This document shows positions 31,968 to 40,799 of a DNA stretch of 64,000 nucleotides, piece after piece (position 1 is the first letter of the stretch; each line of letters opens with the position of its first letter). The notes beneath the pieces are model-generated. The model was given only the letters and a program-made list of their open reading frames with translations, searched no databases and had not been told where the DNA came from. This DNA is from an uncultured Chloroflexia bacterium. Its GTDB lineage: Bacteria > Chloroflexota > Dehalococcoidia > DSTF01 > JALHUB01. Location: positions 896,001 to 960,000 of the forward strand of contig OY969814.1 of NCBI GenBank assembly GCA_963703345.1, in the 5' to 3' direction. Position numbers and translations under genes: made by a program.

Positions 31968-34631
31968 CTAGTATGCCTGCGTGTAGAGATTCAAGATCTC
32001 TCCCGGGTCGGCGACCGGGCGGGCGTTGAACATCGTGTTCGAATCCGCCAGCGCGTGGAAAGCGCAGAGGCCCAGGCCATCCTGCGGCACGCCGACTTCG
32101 CGTAGCCCCATCGGGTGGCCTACCTTCTTCATCAGCGCCTCCACCGCGTCGGCTGCCGCCAGCGCCGCCTCGCGCTCCTCCATTCCCCTCGTGTCGACGC
32201 CCATGGCCTGCGCGACTTGAGAGAGCTTGTTGGCGGCGTAGTCTACGTTAAAGCGCATCACCTTCGGCAGGACGATGCCGCAGGCCATGCCGTGCGGAAC
32301 GTTGTGCAGCGTCCCCACGGTGTGCGCCATCGCGTGCGCCAGGCCGACCTGAGCGATGGTGAACGACCAGCCGGCGACCGTGGCGGCTATCTGCATGTTC
32401 AGCCGCGCCTTCTCGTTGCTGCCGTCCTCCGCGACGATCGGCAGGTTCTCGTTGATCAGGCGAATCGCATGCAGGGCCAAGCCGTCGCAAATGGGGTTCG
32501 CCATGATGCTCGTCATCGCCTCGACGGCGTGGGTCATCGCGTCCATGGCGCTGCCGACGGTCATGCCCTTGGGCAACGTCATCGTCATGCGCGGATCGAG
32601 GATGGCGACGTTCGGGGATATTCGCGGGTCGGCGATGAAGAGCTTGCGGCCGGCCATCTTGTTGGTGATGACGGCGGCGTTCGTCACTTCGCTGCCGGTG
32701 CCCGCCGTCGTCGGGACGACGATGTGCGGCGTCTGCGGCTCATCGAGCGTCCACCAGCGGTTGATGTAGTCGTTGGCCTTGCCGCCGTTCTTGAGCGTCA
32801 CGCAGACGGCCTTGCCGGCATCGATGACGCTGCCGCCGCCGACGCTGACGATGCAGTCGGCCTGGAGCTGGCGCGCCATCTCCGTCGCGGCGTCAACGCA
32901 CTCAAGATCCGGGTCCTGGGGAATGGCGTCGAACATGCCCACGCAAAAATCGGCGAGGCTGTTCTTCACGAGGTCGGCCAGGCCGGCCTGCCGCACGCCC
33001 GGGTCGGTCAGGACAAGGGCGTGGCGGCCGCCGAGGTCAACCGCCATCTTGCCAATCGAAGACAGGGTACCGTGCCCCGCTATCACCGCCGTCGGGCAGT
33101 TGTAGGCGAAGCCTTCGATCTTCTTGTCGTCCCGCATGATTGTGAACGGGAAGTTCGTCTTGGCGTCCGAGTAGTACGGCACGTGGATGCGCTTGACCTG
33201 CGTGTACTCCTCCAGGCCCCACTTGCCCAGCTCGCGGCCGACGCCCGACTGCTTGTAGCCGCCGAACGGAACGTACTCGGCGAACACGTGGTAGTTGTTG
33301 ATCCACATCGTGCCGGTGCGGACGCCACGCGCCACCTTTTCGGCGCGGGCGATGTTGGTGGAGAAGACACCGCCGGCCAGGCCGTAGATGGAGTCGTTGG
33401 CGATGGCGATCGCCTCTTCGTCACCGTCGTACTTGATGACGCAGACGACGGGGCCGAAGATCTCCTCCTGGGCGATGCGCGTCTTATTGTCGACGTTGGC
33501 GAAGATGGTCGGCTGGTAGTAGTAGCCGCCTTCCATTCCCTGCACCTCGGCGCGCTTGCCGCCGGTAACGACCTGTGCGCCCTCTTCCTTGCCCAACTGG
33601 ACGTAGTGCTCGATAGTAGCCAGTTGTTCTTTGCTGACCACCGGGCCCATATGCGACGTCGGATCGAGCTGATAGCCGATGCGCATCTCTTCGGCGCGCT
33701 TCTTCATCCGCTCGACGAACTCGTCGTGGATCTTGGAAGGAACGAGGACGCGGGTGCCGGACTCGCAGATCTGCCCCTGGTGGAGGAACGTGCCGAAGCA
33801 GGCGCCCTCGACGGCGAGTTCCATGTCGGCGTCGTCGAGGATGATGTTGGCGGACTTGCCGCCGAGCTCCAGGGTCACCTTCTTCACCGTGCCGGACGCC
33901 AGTCGCATGATCTCGCGTCCCACCTCGGTGCTGCCGGTGAAGGCGATCTTGTCGACGGCGGGATGCGTGCAGATTGTGTTGCCCAGCGAGCCGCCGGGCC
34001 CGGGAATGACGTTGAACACGCCGTTAGGGATGCCGGCCGCCTTGGCGCACTCCGCGAGAATAAGAGCTGTCAGCGGCGTATTCGAGGCCGGCTTGATGAC
34101 GATGGTGTTGCCCATGAGCAGGGCCGGCACGATCTTCCACATCGCCAGCGCCGTCGGGAAGTTCCAGGGGACGATCCCGACGCAGACGCCGATGGGCTCG
34201 CGGCGCACGAACTCGCGTCCGGGGGAGAAGGCGTTTCCGGAGGCGAAGACCTCCTCTTCCATGGGGAACTTGGTCAGCGCATAGGTGGCCAGGTTGCGGG
34301 TAAGCAGGCTGGCCCACAGGCTGATGACCTTGGCGTAGTTGATGATCTGACCGGCATCCATGCACTCTGCCAGGACCAGGCGTATGCCCTGCTGCGAGAT
34401 CTGGTCAGCGAAGTCCTGGAGCAGCGCCGCGCGCTTAGTCAGCTCCATGCCGCTCCAGTCGCCCTTGTCGAAGGCGCGCTTGGCCGCGGCAATTGCGGCC
34501 TCGGCGTCAGCAGTTCCGGCCTTGGCGACCCTGGCGAAGGGAAGGCCGGTCCCGGGGTCGATGGTCTCGAAAGTCGCGCCGTCCTGGGCGTCGACAAATT
34601 CACCGTCTATGAACAGTTTGTATTCATCCAT
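31968..34631 (-). CDS. Fusion of NAD(P)-dependent aldehyde dehydrogenase and iron-containing alcohol dehydrogenase
   Basis: PWNFP, FTGSTEVG, ELGGKS, GQICESG, EEIFGPV, FGGYKQSG; then GGGSVID, PTTAGTGSE, DAMTHAVE, HAMAH, PHG; GAGGAG SD. Confidence 0.92.
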   Translation of the reverse strand: MDEYKLFIDGEFVDAQDGATFETIDPGTGLPFARVAKAGTADAEAAIAAAKRAFDKGDWSGMELTKRAALLQDFADQISQQGIRLVLAECMDAGQIINYAKVISLWASLLTRNLATYALTKFPMEEEVFASGNAFSPGREFVRREPIGVCVGIVPWNFPTALAMWKIVPALLMGNTIVIKPASNTPLTALILAECAKAAGIPNGVFNVIPGPGGSLGNTICTHPAVDKIAFTGSTEVGREIMRLASGTVKKVTLELGGKSANIILDDADMELAVEGACFGTFLHQGQICESGTRVLVPSKIHDEFVERMKKRAEEMRIGYQLDPTSHMGPVVSKEQLATIEHYVQLGKEEGAQVVTGGKRAEVQGMEGGYYYQPTIFANVDNKTRIAQEEIFGPVVCVIKYDGDEEAIAIANDSIYGLAGGVFSTNIARAEKVARGVRTGTMWINNYHVFAEYVPFGGYKQSGVGRELGKWGLEEYTQVKRIHVPYYSDAKTNFPFTIMRDDKKIEGFAYNCPTAVIAGHGTLSSIGKMAVDLGGRHALVLTDPGVRQAGLADLVKNSLADFCVGMFDAIPQDPDLECVDAATEMARQLQADCIVSVGGGSVIDAGKAVCVTLKNGGKANDYINRWWTLDEPQTPHIVVPTTAGTGSEVTNAAVITNKMAGRKLFIADPRISPNVAILDPRMTMTLPKGMTVGSAMDAMTHAVEAMTSIMANPICDGLALHAIRLINENLPIVAEDGSNEKARLNMQIAATVAGWSFTIAQVGLAHAMAHTVGTLHNVPHGMACGIVLPKVMRFNVDYAANKLSQVAQAMGVDTRGMEEREAALAAADAVEALMKKVGHPMGLREVGVPQDGLGLCAFHALADSNTMFNARPVADPGEILNLYTQAY

Positions 34632-35058
34632 TTGGAATTCCTCCTCTCGCACTCGTTGGTGCGGGGACTCGTCAGACTTGGCCGTCGAAGAGTCTTTGAG
34701 TGTCTACGATTGCATTCCTCCTTAGCATATCTTGCCGCTTCAAGAGGTAATAGCAGCATATCACCGGCCAATGATGTCGGGAAGAGGCGCGGGCGATGCG
34801 AGGGTGGACGTGAGGAGCAAGGACCTTCTTCTAGCGACGTGGTGTCGGGGCCGTTCGGGTTGCCGAACGGCCCCCACGGCGCGCCCGCTCGCACGCAGTG
34901 CCGTCGTCTCGAACCGTCCATGGCCGACCCACGTCGCGCCCCGACGAGCGATCTGCTGGGGCCGGCATTTTGCCCGGAAAAGAAGGCCATCTTGTCACGA
35001 ATTCCGGTTGCCTTTTTCCCGAGCCCTGTGATACAAAGGCTGAGGGGTTAGTGACAGA

Positions 35059-36021
35059 ATGTACAAATTACAGAAAGCCGACCTGAACAACCTAATAGCA
35101 TCACTGGCCGGACAGTACCACGTCCTCGCTCCCGTACGCACGGACGCGGTACGATTCCAGGAGGTCAAAAGCGCCGATGCGATTGACCTCAGCGGCAACA
35201 CCTATCTACCCATCAAGCAGTTCTTCTTTCCCCAGCAGGAGACCCTGTTCGAGTTCGCGGGCGACAAGATAAACGTGCCGCTGCCGGAGTCGGAGAAGCG
35301 AGTCTTCTTCGGCGTCCGGCGCTGCGACCTCAACGGTGTCGCCCACCAGGACCGCGTCTACCTGGAAGAGCCGCAGAACCCGTACTACGCGGCGCGACGC
35401 AAGAATGCCGTCCTCATCGGCCTTCACTGCGCTCAACCCTGCAACCAGTACGCCTTCTGCGGTAGCATGGACCTCAAGGACCACCATGACCTGTGGATGG
35501 CGGACCGCGGCGACCACTTCCTCGTAGAAGCGGGCAGCGAGGAGGGCGAAAACCTGGCCAAGCAGCTCTCGTCCTACCTCAAGCCGACGGACGAAGGCCC
35601 GGCGGAGCGCACGACTCCCGGCACCGACAAGCTCAAGACCACGAAGATAGCCGCCCTCTACGGCAACCCGGAGTGGGAGAGCGGCGTCAAATGGTGCCTG
35701 AGCTGCGCCGCCTGCACCACCACCTGCCCGACCTGCTACTGCCACGAGATCGCCGACACCGTCGAGTCCTCCGATACGTCGAAGGGGCAACGGGTCCGCA
35801 ACTGGTCGAGCTGCCAGCTCAAGGAGTTCAGCCGCGTCGCCGGCGATCTCTTCTTCCGCGACGCGCGCAGCGAGCGCTTCCGCTTCCGCATCTACCACCA
35901 GATCGAGTACTACCGCGAACGCTACGGCGTGACGATGTGCGTCGGCTGCGGGCGTTGCATCTCCAACTGCCCCACGCGAATCGACTGGGTAAGCATCGTG
36001 AACCGGATGGTGGCGCAATGA
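35059..36021 (+). CDS. hydB: Group 3b hydrogenase beta subunit (AsrA-like, 4Fe-4S)
   Basis: GVRRCD, CLSCAACTTTCPTCYC, CVGCGRCISNCP. Confidence 0.88.
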   Translation: MYKLQKADLNNLIASLAGQYHVLAPVRTDAVRFQEVKSADAIDLSGNTYLPIKQFFFPQQETLFEFAGDKINVPLPESEKRVFFGVRRCDLNGVAHQDRVYLEEPQNPYYAARRKNAVLIGLHCAQPCNQYAFCGSMDLKDHHDLWMADRGDHFLVEAGSEEGENLAKQLSSYLKPTDEGPAERTTPGTDKLKTTKIAALYGNPEWESGVKWCLSCAACTTTCPTCYCHEIADTVESSDTSKGQRVRNWSSCQLKEFSRVAGDLFFRDARSERFRFRIYHQIEYYRERYGVTMCVGCGRCISNCPTRIDWVSIVNRMVAQ

Positions 36022-36818
36022 CAAACACAAACGTTTACCTACCGCAGCCCGTAAAGGTGCTGGAGAACCTGCGTGAGACCAAAGAGAATTTCCGCCTTAT
36101 CCTGGACATACCCTTCGAGAACGACCCCGGCCAGTTCGTCCAGATTTCGCGGCTGGGCATTGGCGAAGCGCCAATCTCCATCGCCTCCTGGCATCGGGAC
36201 TACCTGATGCTCCACATCCGCGAGGTAGGCACCGTCACCCGCGCCCTCGGGCGCTGCGAGCCCGGCGACACGGTCTTCATCCGCGGCCCCTACGGCAAGG
36301 GCTACCCGATGAAAGAGGCGGAGGGCCTCAACATGGTAATCGTGGCCGGCGGCTGCGGCGTCGCCTCCGTGAAGGGTGTCTTCGACTACGTCGAGAAGAA
36401 CCGCGAGAAGTACAACGAGGTCTACGCCTACGTCGGCTACCGCAACTCGAAGGAGGTCATCTTTGAGGACTTCGTCGAGCAATGGAAGAAGGACATGCGC
36501 GTCCTCGTGTCGCTGGACACGCTGAGCGAGGGGACCTGCTTCGACGCCAGCGAGAGCTTCGTCAGCGACCTCGTGAAGGCGACGAACCTGCCGGCAGGCG
36601 ATACGGTCGCCATGCTCTGCGGCCCGCCGATCATGATGAAGCTCTCCGGCCAGGCGCTGCTGGACAAGGGCCTACGCGAAGACCACGTCTACGTGTCCGA
36701 AGAGCGGCTCATGTACTGCGCTACCGGCACCTGCTGTCACTGCATGATCGGCTCCACATTCACCTGCAAAGACGGACCGGTGTTCCGTTGGGACCAACTG
36801 AAGGAGCACACGCCGTGA
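36018..36818 (+). CDS. hydG: Group 3b hydrogenase gamma subunit (FAD/NAD(P), 2Fe-2S; AsrB-like)
   Basis: PGQFVQ..GEAPISI, RGPYGKGY, AGGCG, CGPPIMM, CATGTCCHC..CKDGP; ATGA coupling. Confidence 0.88.
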   Translation: MTNTNVYLPQPVKVLENLRETKENFRLILDIPFENDPGQFVQISRLGIGEAPISIASWHRDYLMLHIREVGTVTRALGRCEPGDTVFIRGPYGKGYPMKEAEGLNMVIVAGGCGVASVKGVFDYVEKNREKYNEVYAYVGYRNSKEVIFEDFVEQWKKDMRVLVSLDTLSEGTCFDASESFVSDLVKATNLPAGDTVAMLCGPPIMMKLSGQALLDKGLREDHVYVSEERLMYCATGTCCHCMIGSTFTCKDGPVFRWDQLKEHTP

Positions 36819-37576
36819 GTGAGAAACTGAAAGTCGGAGTCCTGGACATTACCGGTTGCAACGGTTGCGTGCTCTCCGTTGCTTTCAACGAGGACGAAGT
36901 GCTCGACATCTTCGACCTGGTCGACGTGCTCGAATACCGCTTCGTCTCCGACCCGGCGGAAGAGAAGCCGGAGTTGGACATCGTTCTCCTGGAGGGCATG
37001 GTCGCCTCGGCGCGCGACCTTGAGTTTCTGAAAGACATCCGCGCCCGCACGAAGATCCTCGTTGCCCTCGGCACTTGCGCTCACACCGGCTGTATTCCCG
37101 CCTACAAGAAGTGGGCGCCGAAAGAGAACCTCGCCCGCCTGCAGTTCCCGAAGACCGACGACATCGCCGACGTCGAAGTGACGGCGCAGGACGAGCACGT
37201 CAAGGTCGACGCCGTTATCCCCGGCTGCCCGCCGAACCGACGCGAAGTGCTTGAAGTCATCAAGAACCTCGTCATCGGCAAGGGCTACCGGCCCTACACC
37301 CTGCCCGTCTGCGTCGAATGCCGGCGCAACAACAATCAGTGCCTACTTGAGTCCAACAAGCCTTGCCTCGGCTCGATTACGACCGGCGGCTGCTTTGCCA
37401 TCTGCGTCAACGCCGGCCTCGAGTGCTGGGGTTGCCGTGGCCAGACGGCCGACGCCAACCTCGACGCCTTCATGAAAATGCTCGAGGGCAAGGGCTTTAG
37501 CCGCGACTTTATCCTGGAACGAATGCGCACTTTCGTCGGCCGTAAGATTCCTGCGCTAGAAGCAACAGCGGGGTAA
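36815..37576 (+). CDS. hydD: Group 3b hydrogenase small (delta) subunit
   Basis: TGCNGC, GTCAHTG, PGCPP, VCVEC..C..CLG..C..C..CWGCRG; GTGA coupling. Confidence 0.9.
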   Translation: MSEKLKVGVLDITGCNGCVLSVAFNEDEVLDIFDLVDVLEYRFVSDPAEEKPELDIVLLEGMVASARDLEFLKDIRARTKILVALGTCAHTGCIPAYKKWAPKENLARLQFPKTDDIADVEVTAQDEHVKVDAVIPGCPPNRREVLEVIKNLVIGKGYRPYTLPVCVECRRNNNQCLLESNKPCLGSITTGGCFAICVNAGLECWGCRGQTADANLDAFMKMLEGKGFSRDFILERMRTFVGRKIPALEATAG

Positions 37577-37581
37577 GCCTG

Positions 37582-38859
37582 ATGACGACTACGAACCTGA
37601 CACTGGACGAAATCACCAAGATCGAAGGGCATGCCGTCCTCGAGCTGAAGATCACGGACGGCAAGATCGAGGACTGCCACCTGAGGGACGTCGAGGGCAG
37701 CCGCTACTTCGAGGGGCTGCTCGTCGGCCGCCGCTACGACGAGGCGTACTGGATCTCCAGCCGCATATGAGGCATCTGTAGCTGCGGCCACGTTGTGGCT
37801 GCCGTAACCGCAATGGAGAGCGCGCTGGGCATCGAGCCCAGCCAACAGACGCACGACCTGCGCGTCCTTCTGACGATGGGCGAGCGCATTCGTAGCCATG
37901 CTGCCCACCTCTACTTCCTCGCCCTGCCGGACTACCTGGGCGCGCCCAACGCCGTCGCCATCGCGGCGGACAAGCCGGATGCGGTGAAAATGGCCGTCGC
38001 CCTTATGAAGGCCGGCAATGACATGGTGAGGGTAATCGGCGGACGCGACATGCACCCCGAGTCGGCGACAGTCGGCGGCTGGTTGCACTTCCCGTCGCAG
38101 GAACAGGTTGACGGCCTGCGGGCGCGGCTGGAAGAGCTCCGACCCGGCGCCGTCGCCACCGCTCAGCTATTCAACAGCCTGCCGTACCCGGACTTCCACC
38201 ACGGCGCCGAGCACTTCTCGCTGCACAACGACAAGGAGTACGTCTCCCTGCGGGGCACGATCAAGAGCGCGAATCACGAGTTCGAGCGCCGCGACTACCT
38301 GAAGTTCGTGCAGGAGTACCACGAGCCGGACATGACCGCCAACTTCGTGGTCCGCGAAGGCCACGCGTACATGGTCGGCGCGCTTCCGCGCATCAACAAT
38401 AACTTCGACCAGCTTTCGCCGGAAGCCAAGCAACTGGCGAAGGCCGGAAAGCTGATGGACAATCTGGACAACCCGTACTACAACAACGTCGCCCAGGCCG
38501 TGGAGCTCGTCGCCGCTGTGGACCAGGCGATCGAGATGCTGGGTAGGGTCAAGCCGCGCCCCGAGCCGCTGATGGAGATCAAACCGCACGCCTGCCGGGG
38601 CGTTGGGACCGTCGAGGTGCCGCGCGGCACGCTCTGGCACGAATACGAGCTGGACGATACCGGCCACGTGAAGCACGCCAACATCATCACGCCGACGGCC
38701 CAGAACCTGCGCAGCATCGAAGACGACATCCGCCAGTTCCTGCCGGCGATAGTGCACCTGTCGCGCGGGCAAATGGCGGACGCGCTGGAGAAGCTCATTC
38801 GCTCCTATGACCCCTGCCTCTCCTGCGCCGCTCACTTCCTGCGCATCGAAGACATCTAG
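37582..38859 (+). CDS. hydA: Group 3b [NiFe(Se)] hydrogenase large subunit, read through the in-frame TGA at 37768-37770 as probable selenocysteine
   Basis: ORFs 37582-37770 and 37795-38859 share a frame; joined they give TKIEGH, R-I-(TGA)-G-I-C-S-C-G-H (L1), EVPRGTLWH and YDPCLSCAAH (L2) plus a cleavable tail. Confidence 0.88.
37784..37802 (+). promoter_or_regulatory. Candidate bacterial SECIS element of hydA
   Basis: Stem GCGGCCAC/GTGGCTGC (8 bp, one G-U); apical loop GUU with 21 nt between it and the TGA. Confidence 0.7.
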
Positions 38860-38879
38860 AGCGTCCCAACGACATCCCC

Positions 38880-38918
38880 AGGCCCGTCTCGGCTTCCGCC
38901 AGGCGGGCCTTTCCTTTC
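38880..38918 (+). terminator. Intrinsic terminator after hydA
   Basis: AGGCCCGTCT-c-GGC(TTCC)GCC-AGGCGGGCCT followed by TTCCTTT. Confidence 0.7.
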
Positions 38919-38940
38919 CCGTCGCGTATGATTGACAGCG

Positions 38941-39569
38941 ATGCCGGAAGAGAAGCGCCTGTCCGCTATCATCCTCGTCGGCGGCCTCAGCCGGCGCCTG
39001 GGAGGAAACAAGGCGTCGGAGGTCGTCGGCGGGCGATCTCTCCTGCAGCACGTCGTTGACGCCGTGTCGCCGCTTGCGGGCGAGATCGTCGTCGTCGGCG
39101 CGCGCGGCGGTCCGTTTCCCGAAGTGGAGTCGGTCTTGCCGGTTCGCAGGGTCGAAGACGTGCGCGAACGAGCGGGCGCGCTCGGCGGGCTGTACACCGG
39201 CCTGCTTGCCGCCGAACACAGCGAAGCCGCCGCCCTCGCTGCGACATGCCTCTGCTCTCTCTGCCGCTCTTGCGCCACCTTCGCGGCCTGCTGACCGACG
39301 AGTGGGACGTGGTGATGCCGCTTTGGCACGGTCGCGAGGAGCCGCTGCACTCCTTCTACCGACGCACCTGCGTCCCGGCTATCGAGCGACTGCTCGACCG
39401 CGGCGGCCGGCGCTTCGTCGATTTCCTGCCAGAGGTGCGCGTGCGCTACGTTTCCGAGGAAGAAGTAAAGCGATTCGATCCGGAAGGGCGGAGCTTCTGG
39501 AACGTCAACAACGAAGACGACCTGCGGCGGCTGCGCCCCCTTCTGGAGAGCAAGAGCCGAGGCGGCTAG
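38941..39569 (+). CDS. mobA: MobA-like molybdenum cofactor guanylyltransferase; 1-nt deletion near 39240
   Basis: IILVGGLSRRLGGNKA, GALGGLYTGL, CDMP restored across the frameshift, EPLHSFY, FWNVN. Confidence 0.8.
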
Positions 39570-39976
39570 TCTGGCGTCGCCCCGTTGCGCCGCGAGTGCA
39601 TTCTGTCCGGCAGGCCCGTTAGCAACCGCAACAACTGCTCTCGCACGACATCGACGCCGACGCCCATGGGCAGCGCGATAACCGGCACGCTGACGCCGTA
39701 GAGCTTCTGGACGACCTTCAGGAAGACGGCGGGGTCGAGATCGTGCGCGGTGACGCGCGGCGGCGGCAGAAAGCGCTCCGGCTCCGTGATCAGGGTCACT
39801 TCGCCCACGCCTTCCGCCACATCCATCACGTACAGATCTTCCTCCAGATACTCAATCATCTCCTCCGGTGAAGAGCTCGTGATGAACGTGACCCCCGGGA
39901 CCTCGAGCGAAAGGCCCAGCTCCACCGCCACCGAGTCTTCGGGAATAGCGCGGTTGCCGAAACAGAGAACAATCAT
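39566..39976 (-). CDS. Divergent, short hydrogenase maturation endopeptidase (HycI/HybD-like)
   Basis: VLCFGN..PEDS, VMDV and TAHD match the GN..D(D/E), DA and (S/T)xH pattern; close to hydA, which has a C-terminal extension. Confidence 0.6.
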   Translation of the reverse strand: MIVLCFGNRAIPEDSVAVELGLSLEVPGVTFITSSSPEEMIEYLEEDLYVMDVAEGVGEVTLITEPERFLPPPRVTAHDLDPAVFLKVVQKLYGVSVPVIALPMGVGVDVVREQLLRLLTGLPDRMHSRRNGATPD

Positions 39977-40157
39977 CCCAATCCCATCATAGGGCCTGCG
40001 GCTCTGCCTGAGAAGTCGAATGCTTGCTGTTCGCACATTTTGCTCTAGAAAGGGGGTGCAGCTACGCTCTATTCCTAGTACCATACCCGCATTGGAATTC
40101 GCACTACTGACGTCCGCGCTCGCTGACCGCCGTGGGCGACGTTCAGGAGGCATCGCT

Positions 40158-40616
40158 ATGAGGCACGAAACGAACGCAAAACAGGATGAAATTATCATGT
40201 CAGACGGCCGGCTCGTATATGCTGTGTCGGCGATTATGCGAAAAGCCTCCGACAGGGCACTGGCGCCCTGGGGTGTCAGTATATCCCAGGCGCCGGTCCT
40301 CGTCGTTCTCCGTGAGGCCGGCTATCCCCTGACGGTAAGTGAAATGGCCCGGCACCTCTATCTGGAGACCCCCAGCATCACGACGATGGTCGACCGGCTG
40401 GCAGAGCGCGGTTTCGTGGAGCGACTAAAGGACCGCGAGGATCGGCGCAAGACGCTTGTGCAACTCACCAAATCGGGAAAGAAGTTGGTGGACAGCATCC
40501 GTGAACCGGGAGAGCAGTTGCAGGAAGAGATGTTCGCCGTGCTGGGTCGCAAAGAGCGGGAGACGCTTCGGGTCATCCTGCAGAAGCTCCGCGACGGCAA
40601 CGCGAGCCGCATCTAG
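40158..40616 (+). CDS. MarR-family transcriptional regulator
   Basis: SITTMVDRLAERGFVER..DREDRRKTLVQLT..G; AGGAGG SD. Confidence 0.92.
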   Translation: MRHETNAKQDEIIMSDGRLVYAVSAIMRKASDRALAPWGVSISQAPVLVVLREAGYPLTVSEMARHLYLETPSITTMVDRLAERGFVERLKDREDRRKTLVQLTKSGKKLVDSIREPGEQLQEEMFAVLGRKERETLRVILQKLRDGNASRI

Positions 40617-40654
40617 AGCCAAATAATTCTTTTTGATCCTCCCCTCGCCGCCTC

Positions 40655-40682
40655 TTGACAAAACCGTTATTATAGGTAAAAT
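40655..40682 (+). promoter_or_regulatory. sigma70 promoter for the VWA surface-protein gene
   Basis: TTGACA-N16-TAAAAT in an AT-rich patch. Confidence 0.65.
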
Positions 40683-40799
40683 GCGATTACAGATCATATT
40701 GTTCTCCCCGCCGCGTCCTTGTCCTCCAGACGAGTGTCGTCTGGGCTAGCTTCGTCGTAACTCCCTGCTGTTGCGGCGCGGATAAAGGGGGCTGTAGCC

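Noticed and set aside
34720-34765. sigma54 site or operator from the repeated AGCATATC upstream of the ALDH-ADH gene
   Set aside because: GG-to-GC spacing is 8 rather than 10 nt, and two 8-mers alone are insufficient support.
32115-35051. Long antisense or alternative-frame ORFs (e.g. 32115-35051+, 4687-6711-, 2149-3837-, 50372-51907+)
   Set aside because: Shadow ORFs typical of high-GC DNA, overlapping well-supported genes and lacking motifs.
37768-37770. Genome-wide UGA reassignment (Trp/Gly; genetic codes 4/25) as the explanation for the in-frame TGA
   Set aside because: TGA is a real stop throughout the window (ATGA/GTGA overlaps at tkt/rpiB, hydB/hydG, hydG/hydD, nuoL/nuoM), and this position needs a thiolate or selenolate ligand.
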